Assembly: GCA_050953285.1 (NCBI GenBank)
Contig: JBMNMK010000002.1
Location: 1,120,844 to 1,184,843 of the forward strand
DNA from: Atopobiaceae bacterium
GTDB lineage: Bacteria > Actinomycetota > Coriobacteriia > Coriobacteriales > Atopobiaceae
Length of the DNA: 64,000 nt
Reading direction: 5' to 3'
This document shows, piece by piece, positions 54,318-61,624 of this stretch (position 1 is its first letter; the number at the start of each line of letters is the position of its first letter). The translations under genes and the position numbers were made by a program. The notes under the pieces are model-generated. The model had not been told where the DNA came from. It made no database searches and saw only the letters and a program-made list of their open reading frames with translations.

Positions 54318-55805
54318 CTACAGAGTCGCTCTGCCGGAACCATCATACTCAGCGCGCGCCAACTTCTGACGCACGTCTGACAATCCATATTCCATACCCA
54401 CGGGATAGATCTGCGGGTTGAGGTAGCGCTTGTAGGCAGGATCCAAATACATGAGCGATTCACGGCAGCGCTCTTTTGCCTCATCTATGCTGGCTGGCTC
54501 CTTTGCGCGCACGCCGTGTTCGACAACGCATTCAAGCAGCTCATGGCCCTCAAGCCCCCGAAAATCATACGTGGTGAGCGGATCGAGAATGTCGACTCCT
54601 CTACTGTGATCTCCGGTGTCATACGCGTCGTCGACGATAAGATCTCCCGCCGGCGAGCCGGCGCTGTCCGTAAAGCGGATCACGTGCTGGATGCCAGGAA
54701 TGGTCCTTTTATACATCTGCTCAGAGAGTTTGATGACCGGGCTCCAGGTGTCAGAGCCCTGAGGTTTGGTGGCGGAAAGCTTATAGACGCCACCTAAGGA
54801 AGGCTGCGGATCACACGTTGCAAGCTTGGTGCCAACGCCAAACGAGTCGATGGGCGCACCCTGCGCAAAGAGTGACTGAATGGTGTATTCCTCCAAATCA
54901 TTGGAGACAGAGATCTTCACATAGGGCAGACCCGCCTCATCAAATGCTTTTCTCGTCTCCTTGGAAAGCTTGGCCAAGTCTCCCGAGTCAATGCGGATGG
55001 CCGCCAGACGCTCCCCCGCTGCCTCCATCTCCTTGGCAACAGTGATGGCATTCTTGATGCCTTGGTGAACGTCATAGGTGTCAAGCAACAGTACACAGTT
55101 CTTAGGACTTGACTTAGCAAACGCGCGAAAGGCTTCAAGCTCTGTCGGAAATGCCATGACCCAGCTGTGTGCATGAGTGCCAAAGACCGGAATGCCGTAA
55201 ATCTTGCCGGCCAAGACGTTTGACGTGCTCGATGCGCCACCAATATAGGATGCGCGTGCCACCGCCAGGCCACCATCAGGTCCTTGTGCACGCCTGAGAC
55301 CAAAGTCTGAGATGGGATGTCCCTGTGCCGCATGCACAATGCGCGCTGTCTTGGTGGCTACCAAGGTCTGGAAATTGACCAGGTTGAGCAGCGCTGTCTC
55401 CAGAAGCTGGCACGCAATGATAGGGCCTTCTACACGCACCAGTGGCTCACGCGGAAATACCAGGTCTCCTTCTGGCACCGCATGGATGGTGACATCCATC
55501 TTGAAGGTCTTGAGGTAGTCCAGAAAGCCCGGCTTGAACATGCGCCCACCGCCTGGAGCATTGAGCTTGGCCAGGTAGGCAATGTCTTCGTCCTCAAAGA
55601 CAAAATTCTCAACCAAGTCTGCAATCTGGCCGACACCGCACGACACCGCAAAGCCACCGTCAAAGGGGTTTTCACGGAAGAACACGTTAAAACAGGCGTC
55701 ATTGTCCGCCAAGCCAGACTCCCAAAAACCTTGGGCCATCGTGAGCTCATAGAGATCGGTGTTGAGCGAAACATCACTTGGCTTGGTACGGTCGGTAAGC
55801 GACAT
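54318..55805 (-). CDS. pncB: Nicotinate phosphoribosyltransferase
   Basis: NTDLYELTMAQG N-terminus and GTHAHSWVM motif. Confidence 0.9.
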   Translation of the reverse strand: MSLTDRTKPSDVSLNTDLYELTMAQGFWESGLADNDACFNVFFRENPFDGGFAVSCGVGQIADLVENFVFEDEDIAYLAKLNAPGGGRMFKPGFLDYLKTFKMDVTIHAVPEGDLVFPREPLVRVEGPIIACQLLETALLNLVNFQTLVATKTARIVHAAQGHPISDFGLRRAQGPDGGLAVARASYIGGASSTSNVLAGKIYGIPVFGTHAHSWVMAFPTELEAFRAFAKSSPKNCVLLLDTYDVHQGIKNAITVAKEMEAAGERLAAIRIDSGDLAKLSKETRKAFDEAGLPYVKISVSNDLEEYTIQSLFAQGAPIDSFGVGTKLATCDPQPSLGGVYKLSATKPQGSDTWSPVIKLSEQMYKRTIPGIQHVIRFTDSAGSPAGDLIVDDAYDTGDHSRGVDILDPLTTYDFRGLEGHELLECVVEHGVRAKEPASIDEAKERCRESLMYLDPAYKRYLNPQIYPVGMEYGLSDVRQKLARAEYDGSGRATL

Positions 55806-55883
55806 AACAAATCCTTCCCCTGACTACCTCATGATTTCTGAGCACAACCACATTTTCTACATAAGAATATCACTCAGGTGCCG

Positions 55884-56309
55884 CTATCTTGGACGCCTGT
55901 TAAAGATCATGGCCAGCACCATAAAGAGGGCGAGAAGCGCCACGCCCAGAAGCACCAACTTTTGCCCTTGCGGCATCCTGAGGTCGTCATCGGGCTCCAT
56001 GAGCTTGCGTCCACGCTCGCGCGCTGCCTCTTCACGCGTGCGCGCCGCCTGCTCCCGCAGCACCTCTTCACGCGTGCGCGCCGCCTGCGCCTGCCGCGCC
56101 TGTTCTCGTTCACGCGCCGGCATGTCGCGCACGCGCGCTCCCTCGTGAGTGCGCGGCGTGGCCTGGGCCTCCTTCTCGCGGCGCAGCCGCTCAAGTTCTG
56201 CCCGCTCACGCCGGTTCTTCTCGGCCGCTTCACGCTGCGCCTTCTCACGACGAAGCTCTTCCAGCTCCGCGCGCTCCTCGCTGCTTAAAGGTGCGCTCTC
56301 ATCTGCCAT
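55884..56309 (-). CDS. Hypothetical tail-anchored coiled-coil protein (Arg/Glu/Ala-rich)
   Basis: About 110 aa of charged heptad-like sequence, then one C-terminal TM (LVLLGVALLALFMVLAMIF). Confidence 0.5.
   Translation of the reverse strand: MADESAPLSSEERAELEELRREKAQREAAEKNRRERAELERLRREKEAQATPRTHEGARVRDMPAREREQARQAQAARTREEVLREQAARTREEAARERGRKLMEPDDDLRMPQGQKLVLLGVALLALFMVLAMIFNRRPR
56027..56088. repeat. Two identical 26-nt copies spaced 36 nt apart (in-frame 12-codon duplication)
   Basis: cctcttcacgcgtgcgcgccgcctgc occurs at 56027-56052 and 56063-56088. It encodes the repeated QAARTREE segment of the 55884..56309 protein. Confidence 0.9.
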
Positions 56310-56323
56310 GGCAAGCCCCTTTC

Positions 56324-57436
56324 TTAATGCATACGCTTCGAGCGCATGGGTTTTTCGCCTACGGAGGTACTCACGTGGGAAAGATCCAGCTCCGGGCCCT
56401 GCACGCCGGTGGCGTCAAACGCGGGTACAAAGCTTTCCGAAACCGTACCCCCTTGCTGCCACCACATGCGCTCAAAGCCACAATCATCCGCATGATCAAG
56501 GACGTATTCATACTCTTCTTGCGTGAGCGCACGCGCAAGCGCTCCGCCGTGCTTCTTGCAATACTCGTTGGGCGTGTACTGATTCATCACGGAAATATCG
56601 ACGCTATTGCCGCATAACTCCCAGACTTTATCCAGCACCGCGCATGAATCATCCGCATGATCTGGAAGCACCAAGTGGCGGACGATAATCCCGCGCTTCA
56701 TGAGACCTGATTCGTCCAGCTCACGGCCGCCCGCCGACTCTACCGCCTCATGCATATGCGCCAGCGCCGCTTGCGCCTGGGCAGGGTAATCTTTTGCGCC
56801 GGAAAGCTTTTGGGCAAGATCGGCAGAGGTGTACTTGAAATCCGTCAGCCATACATCTATGTAGGGAGCCAGCGCATCCACGACCTCTACCAGCTCATAT
56901 CCCGAGGTATTGCACACCATAGGAACGCTCAAGCCTGCTGCTCTAGCGGCTTTGATTGCCTCTATAACATCAGGCGAGAAGTGCAGCGGCGTCACGAGAT
57001 TAATATTATGTGCACCTTGTGCCTCCAGCTCGAGCATCATCTCTGCCAGACGAGCCACGCTGACTGGAAGGCCAAAGCCGCCATGTGAGATCTCCTGGTT
57101 CTGGCAAAACACGCAGCCCAAAGGACAGCTGGAAAAGAAGATGGCGCCACTTCCCCGATCCCCAGAAATGGGAGGTTCTTCCCAAAAATGCAGGGCAGAG
57201 CGCGCCACCTTGAGCTGCGCGGTAGCCCCGCAAAGGCCACGTGCACCTGAAAGTCGCTTGGCATGGCAGCGCCTAGGACAGAGCTCACAGCACTCATAGC
57301 AATCCCTTGTGATCTCAAGCGTGCCATCCTCCCGCTGTGCATATGCGGGTGTGTGACCCAAAAAACGCTCCTCTTCTGGCATCTGCTCTGACTGCATGGT
57401 TCCCATCCACATGTGCCGCACGGATGCGTGCAGCAC
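56324..57436 (-). CDS. Radical SAM protein (PflX-like activating-enzyme family)
   Basis: CPLGCVFCQN matches the CxxxCxxC radical SAM motif, and there is an extra N-terminal Cys cluster CYECCELCPRRC. The start codon is uncertain, with several in-frame candidates between 57382 and 57436. Confidence 0.75.
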   Translation of the reverse strand: MLHASVRHMWMGTMQSEQMPEEERFLGHTPAYAQREDGTLEITRDCYECCELCPRRCHAKRLSGARGLCGATAQLKVARSALHFWEEPPISGDRGSGAIFFSSCPLGCVFCQNQEISHGGFGLPVSVARLAEMMLELEAQGAHNINLVTPLHFSPDVIEAIKAARAAGLSVPMVCNTSGYELVEVVDALAPYIDVWLTDFKYTSADLAQKLSGAKDYPAQAQAALAHMHEAVESAGGRELDESGLMKRGIIVRHLVLPDHADDSCAVLDKVWELCGNSVDISVMNQYTPNEYCKKHGGALARALTQEEYEYVLDHADDCGFERMWWQQGGTVSESFVPAFDATGVQGPELDLSHVSTSVGEKPMRSKRMH

Positions 57437-57445
57437 CTACCTAGT

Positions 57446-57478
57446 AAAAAGGACCCGGATGCCAACACCCGAGTCCTT
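57446..57478 (-). terminator. Intrinsic terminator immediately after tRNA-Ala
   Basis: On the minus strand, GGACTCGG-gtgttggcat-CCGGGTCC (8 bp including one G-U pair) is followed by TTTTT. Confidence 0.6.
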
Positions 57479-57485
57479 GAATGTA

Positions 57486-57561
57486 TGGTGGAGATGAAGG
57501 GATTCGAACCCTCGGCCTCTGCCTTGCGAAGGCAGCGCTCTCCCAGCTGAGCTACATCCCC
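57486..57561 (-). tRNA. tRNA-Ala (anticodon CGC)
   Basis: The minus strand reads GGGGATGTAGCTCAGCTGGGAGAGCGCTGCCTTCGCAAGGCAGAGGCCGAGGGTTCGAATCCCTTCATCTCCACCA. It folds as a cloverleaf with the G3:U70 identity pair, and CCA is encoded. Confidence 0.95.
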
Positions 57562-57583
57562 GAGCAATAACGCGCGAAGAACA

Positions 57584-57611
57584 TTCTTACAATTTAGCAA
57601 GACCATGTCAA
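57584..57611 (-). promoter_or_regulatory. Promoter candidate for tRNA-Ala
   Basis: The minus strand has TTGACA (57611-57606), a 16-nt spacer and TAAGAA(T). A GC-rich discriminator (cgcgcg) then precedes the tRNA 5' end. Confidence 0.45.
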
Positions 57612-57966
57612 CTCACGTATGCGCTGCACCAAGAAAGCCGCATAAAGCCGCCTTCCTGCAGGTGCGATTATGAACCCACCCATCATAAGGTGGGTGCCCG
57701 CGACGTCTGTTCCAGCTTCCTTATAGCTAAGGATCCCTGTACTAAGAGCGCTATATGGGCTCCCAATAAACGCTTGTCGGTTCACCCAGTTTGCCCCACA
57801 GGAAGTCGGCACCTCTAATATAGAGCCTGCAGCGCCCGATAACAGACTTGACTTAATTCAGATGTTCGGAAAAATGGGATAAGTGACCTTTTTCTTGCAT
57901 GACCTTGAGGCTCACCTGAAGGTTGTGCTCATCTGATGGCGGCAATCAAGGAGGTGCCTATTCCAG

Positions 57967-59175
57967 ATGTTGAGCTGGTGGGTACCTTTCATCTCGGTCT
58001 TTTCTGCCGCGCTCATCACCACTATTATCACCACGCCCCTCGCACGCAGGCTTGCCTGGAAGCTGCATGCCGTCGACTACCCCGCCGCGCGCCGCGTCAA
58101 TCAAAGGCCAATTCCGCGCATGGGCGGAGTCGCCCTCATGTGTGGACTTATTGTGGCGGAGATCGTACAGATCTTGGGCGTGAACTTTCTGGGCTGGCCG
58201 CGCGTCTTTGTTCCGCTTGCCCGTCAGACCGTCAACTACCCGTTGCTCTTCTCGGCCTTTGCGGTGATATTTATCACCGGCCTTCTGGACGATAAATTCA
58301 CGCTCTCGCCCACACAAAAACTGGCAGGCCAGGTAGCTGCTTCCTGCTTAGCCGTTGCGTCTGGGCTCATGATAGATGAAATCGTGAACCCGTTTCAGAA
58401 CTCCATCATCCGCTTTGGCATATTTTCACTGCCCATCACCGTGATTTTCCTGGTTTCCTACACCAATATCTTCAACCTCATCGACGGCCTAGACGGGCTG
58501 GCATCAGGCATTGCGTGCATAGCAAGTCTCACCATGTGGATCATCTCATCCATCTCCGGGCGCCTTGATGCAGCCATTCTTTCCATGATGATTGCAGGCA
58601 CGACGCTGGGATTTTTGCGCTACAACTTCAATCCAGCATCCATTTTTCTGGGCGATTCCGGCTCTCTGCTCATCGGTTTTGCGCTGGGCTCCGTCTCACT
58701 TCTTTCGGTTTCTCGTGTCGCCGGCCTCACCGCTATCATCATTCCGCTCGTGGTAGCCGGCATTCCCATCATTGACACCTTCTCCGCAATCGTGCGGCGC
58801 GGACGCGCGCACGTAAGCATTGGCCATGCGGACAAAGGCCACATCCACCACCGGCTCATGAACGCCGGCCTGGGACAAAGGCAGACGGCGCTTGTCATCT
58901 ACGCATGGACCGCCGCACTCTGCATTGGCTCTGTCATTATGACCCAGGTGCAGGTCTTTCCTCGCATCATCATCTTCCTGTTGCTCATAGTGGCCTCAGG
59001 ACTCTTTGCCAGCCGCCTGGGCCTTTTCAGGCCCGTCCTCCTCCACCACACCGATCCTGAAACGGGCAAAGACGAGCTGGTCGATCCCCAAAATCCCGCC
59101 TTTGAGCAGGAAAAAGAAAAGTTTGACGAGTCACATCTTTCGCTGGGCGAGAAGAACCACGACTTGCACCTCTAA
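57967..59175 (+). CDS. Undecaprenyl-phosphate N-acetylhexosamine-1-phosphate transferase (WecA/TagO, MraY-like GT4 family)
   Basis: Polytopic protein with the LLDDKF, NLIDGLDGLA and FLGDSGSL motifs. Confidence 0.85.
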   Translation: MLSWWVPFISVFSAALITTIITTPLARRLAWKLHAVDYPAARRVNQRPIPRMGGVALMCGLIVAEIVQILGVNFLGWPRVFVPLARQTVNYPLLFSAFAVIFITGLLDDKFTLSPTQKLAGQVAASCLAVASGLMIDEIVNPFQNSIIRFGIFSLPITVIFLVSYTNIFNLIDGLDGLASGIACIASLTMWIISSISGRLDAAILSMMIAGTTLGFLRYNFNPASIFLGDSGSLLIGFALGSVSLLSVSRVAGLTAIIIPLVVAGIPIIDTFSAIVRRGRAHVSIGHADKGHIHHRLMNAGLGQRQTALVIYAWTAALCIGSVIMTQVQVFPRIIIFLLLIVASGLFASRLGLFRPVLLHHTDPETGKDELVDPQNPAFEQEKEKFDESHLSLGEKNHDLHL

Positions 59176-59236
59176 TCTGAAAGACAGGTCATCCGCGCGC
59201 AGGATGCTGGACGCAGCAGGAGGGTCAACGCCCCAG

Positions 59237-59266
59237 AAAAAAGGGCACCCGCCGTAGCAGATGCCC
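59237..59266 (-). terminator. Intrinsic terminator after rplT
   Basis: On the minus strand, GGGCATC...GGTGCCC (7 bp including one G-U pair) is followed by TTTTTT, 56 nt past the rplT stop. Confidence 0.6.
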
Positions 59267-59321
59267 TGTTCACATTACATATCACATGCGCTCCTGAGCG
59301 CATGTTCTTCTCGCCCAAAGA

Positions 59322-59687
59322 CTACTGAGCGTCTGCCAAAGCCTTCTTGGCAACCTCAGCGATGGCAGCAAAGCCCTCGGCGTCCTCGTAGGCAACCTGA
59401 GCCAGAACCTTGCGATCCAGCGTCACGCCGGCGAGCTTCAGGCCGTGCATGAACTGGCTGTAGGACAGATCGTTCATGCGAGCAGCAGCGTTGATGCGCT
59501 GAATCCAGAGAGCGCGGATGTCACGCTTCTTGTTGCGACGATCGCGGTACTGGTACTGCAGGGAGTGCTGAGCCTGCTCCTTCATGCCGCGGAAGGTACG
59601 GGAGCTGGTGCCATAGTAACCCTTAGTACGCTCGACGAGGGTGTTGCGCTTCTTGTGACCAGCGACTGCGCGCTTAACACGTGCCAT
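59322..59687 (-). CDS. rplT: 50S ribosomal protein L20
   Basis: MARVKRAVAGHKKRN... matches canonical L20. Confidence 0.97.
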   Translation of the reverse strand: MARVKRAVAGHKKRNTLVERTKGYYGTSSRTFRGMKEQAQHSLQYQYRDRRNKKRDIRALWIQRINAAARMNDLSYSQFMHGLKLAGVTLDRKVLAQVAYEDAEGFAAIAEVAKKALADAQ

Positions 59688-59734
59688 ATATAATCAACTC
59701 CTTGAATGTGCTTTGAAAAATGAGGCGCAGGCGC

Positions 59735-59929
59735 TTACTTGCCCATGCGCTGGCTGACGACCTTGGCATCGCCTTCGGTAAGGACAGCCTCTTTGCGGAA
59801 GTTACGGATGCGCTTCTGGGACTTCTTGGTGAGGATGTGGCTCTTGAAAGCCTTGGCGCGCATGATCTTTCCTGTGCCGGTGCGGCGGAAACGCTTTGCC
59901 GAACCCTTATGCGTCTTCATCTTGGGCAT
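59735..59929 (-). CDS. rpmI: 50S ribosomal protein L35
   Basis: [24 protein letters not shown]... is canonical L35 (64 aa). The ATG lies 1 nt after the infC stop. Confidence 0.97.
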   Translation of the reverse strand: MPKMKTHKGSAKRFRRTGTGKIMRAKAFKSHILTKKSQKRIRNFRKEAVLTEGDAKVVSQRMGK

Positions 59930-59930
59930 A

Positions 59931-60503
59931 CTAATTCTCCTTCTCATCAGTAGATGTTGCATCGTCTTCCGGGAGCTTATCGAAAGCGCCCTTAATGGGA
60001 GCGACGAGCATGTGCATATTGCGGCCTTCCATCTTAGGCTGCTGCTCGACCGTGGCATAGGGCTTCAAGTCCTCTGCCAGACGCTCAAGCACGTTAAGAC
60101 CCTGCTCAGGATGTGCCATCTCACGACCGCGGAACATGATCGTGATCTTCACGCGAGCACCCTTCTTGAGGAACCTCATAACGTGGTTCTTCTTGGTGCT
60201 GTAGTCACCCACATCAATCTTGGGCCTAAACTTCATCTCTTTAACTTCGATCTTGACCTGCTTTTTACGAGCAGCCTTGGCTTTACGATCCTGCTCATAT
60301 CTGTACTTGCTGTAGTCCATGACCTTGCAGACCGGGGGCTCAGCATTCGGAGCAATCTCAACGAGATCCATGTGCTGTTCCTCGGCAATACGCATGGCAT
60401 CACGGACACCAAACAGGCCGAGCTGTGAGCCGTCAAAACCGATAAGACGGCAGGTACGAGATGTAATCTCCTCATTTACGCGAGGACCGTCACTCTTGGC
60501 TAT
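59931..60503 (-). CDS. infC: Translation initiation factor IF-3, apparently initiated at a non-canonical ATA codon
   Basis: IF-3 similarity ([21 protein letters not shown]...) extends upstream of the first ATG. In frame, TGA-GAG-ATA bounds the start at ATA (60503-60501), preceded by GAAGGGAAGG. Confidence 0.9.
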   Translation of the reverse strand: MAKSDGPRVNEEITSRTCRLIGFDGSQLGLFGVRDAMRIAEEQHMDLVEIAPNAEPPVCKVMDYSKYRYEQDRKAKAARKKQVKIEVKEMKFRPKIDVGDYSTKKNHVMRFLKKGARVKITIMFRGREMAHPEQGLNVLERLAEDLKPYATVEQQPKMEGRNMHMLVAPIKGAFDKLPEDDATSTDEKEN

Positions 60504-60539
60504 CTCTCACACCTTCCCTTCAGTGCGGCAGTGCCGCAT

Positions 60540-60564
60540 AAAAAAACCCAGACCTAAGCCTGGG
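60540..60564 (-). terminator. Intrinsic-terminator-like attenuator in the infC leader
   Basis: On the minus strand, CCCAGGC-TTAG-GTCTGGG (7 bp including one G-U pair) is followed by T7. It ends 37 nt upstream of the infC start. Confidence 0.5.
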
Positions 60565-60673
60565 AGACAAACTGAGCCCAACGGGACCCAAACACTCATT
60601 TGTCTGACCAGGCAGCTGCCGGAGCGCCGCGTAGGTGGGGATGCTGCTTGCATCCCGCTTTTCACGAACAACT

Positions 60674-60702
60674 ACTTTACTGTAAAGGCGCCCACCAGAC
60701 AA
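60674..60702 (-). promoter_or_regulatory. Weak promoter candidate for infC-rpmI-rplT
   Basis: The minus strand has TTGTCT, a 17-nt spacer and TAAAGT. Confidence 0.3.
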
Positions 60703-60795
60703 GTGCGCAGGGCGCGCCCTCCACATGATTGCTACACATGCGCGCCATGGCCTATCCGGCGCGGCCCGCATGCACCTGCCCCGATCCGTACGCAC

Positions 60796-60825
60796 AAAAA
60801 AGGTTGACACCGTGTGGTATCAACC
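60796..60825 (-). terminator. Intrinsic terminator after tRNA-Leu
   Basis: On the minus strand, GGTTGATAC-cacacg-GTGTCAACC (9 bp including one G-U pair) is followed by TTTTTT. Confidence 0.65.
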
Positions 60826-60837
60826 TGACAAATCATA

Positions 60838-60923
60838 TGGTACCGGCGGTGGGGGTCGAACCCACACGTCCTTGCGGACAACAGATTTTGAGTCTGCCGC
60901 GTCTGCCATTCCGCCACGCCGGC
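60838..60923 (-). tRNA. tRNA-Leu (anticodon CAA), type II with a long variable arm
   Basis: The minus strand reads GCCGGCGTGGCGGAATGGCAGACGCGGCAGACTCAAAATCTGTTGTCCGCAAGGACGTGTGGGTTCGACCCCCACCGCCGGTACCA. The ends are approximate (G1-U72 pairing). Confidence 0.9.
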
Positions 60924-60991
60924 ACATCAGAGTGCAACTATAGCAGAACTGTTCCTAAGATTGAAGCGACAACTCTGCCAATTTTGTGCAC

Positions 60992-61624
60992 CTAGCGCTC
61001 CACCAAAAACGGGTTCGATGCGAGCTCTTTTGCCATAGACGTGAGGTCTCCGTGGCCAGAACACACCATGGTATCAGGTGGTATAACCTCCTTGAGATGA
61101 GCCAAGCTCGCCATGAGCGCTGCCTGGTCTCCCCCTTTGAGGTCAGTTCTGCCCGCGCTTCCTGCAAAGAGAGTATCCCCCACAAACGCCACGCCCTCCC
61201 CCAAAAACACGAGGCCTCCGGGCGTATGGCCAGGCGTTGCTATCACATCAAAGTGGGCGTCCCCAACCTCTACCGTATCACCGTCTTTGAGGTAAAAATC
61301 TGGCTGGGGCGCATCGGTATCTGCAAAGCGGGATTCTGCCCGCGCGTTCATGGCAAGTTCCGTGTCTGCCTCACTCATGGCAAACGGCGCCTGCGTCTTC
61401 TCTTTGAGCGCCAAGACACCACTCACGTGGTCTCCGTGGCCATGGGTTGCCACAATGAGCTTCACGTCGACGTCTTTCAGCCGCTCAGCAATCTCTGCGC
61501 CAGAATCTCCTGGATCTACCACCATGCACTGGCCGTGGGAGATATATGCGTAGCAGTTGGTCTGGATGGGTCCTACGATGAATTGCCTGAGCTCGTGCGC
61601 CAGCTTGTCTTTCTCGTTGGCCAT
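60992..61624 (-). CDS. MBL-fold metallo-hydrolase (glyoxalase II-like)
   Basis: THGHGDHVSG metal-binding motif and TPGHTPGG. The start abuts the rel stop. Confidence 0.85.
   Translation of the reverse strand: MANEKDKLAHELRQFIVGPIQTNCYAYISHGQCMVVDPGDSGAEIAERLKDVDVKLIVATHGHGDHVSGVLALKEKTQAPFAMSEADTELAMNARAESRFADTDAPQPDFYLKDGDTVEVGDAHFDVIATPGHTPGGLVFLGEGVAFVGDTLFAGSAGRTDLKGGDQAALMASLAHLKEVIPPDTMVCSGHGDLTSMAKELASNPFLVER

Noticed and set aside
55990-56300. GC-rich direct repeats that could suggest a small repeat array or CRISPR.
   Set aside because: There are only two identical 26-nt copies with a 36-nt period. They lie inside a continuous ORF, in frame, and encode a duplicated peptide. There is no spacer-repeat architecture and there are no cas genes.
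57621-57835. Possible SRP (4.5S/scRNA) gene. The minus strand contains ACAGGGAUCCUUAGCUAUAAGGAAGCUGG, which loosely resembles the helix-8 motif CAGGUCCGGAAGGAAGCAGC.
   Set aside because: The near-universal GGAA/GNRA tetraloop and the AGCA symmetric-loop residues are missing (the loop is GCUA, and AGCU replaces AGCA). An extra 3' hairpin does not fit the SRP architecture. The region is kept only as an unassigned structured element.
60520-60810. A 96-aa ORF on the minus strand, and overlapping + strand ORFs, between tRNA-Leu and infC.
   Set aside because: The region lies between two intrinsic terminators within the infC leader. It has no RBS, and the translation is Arg/Ala/Cys-rich without motifs. 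It is more consistent with a structured leader RNA.
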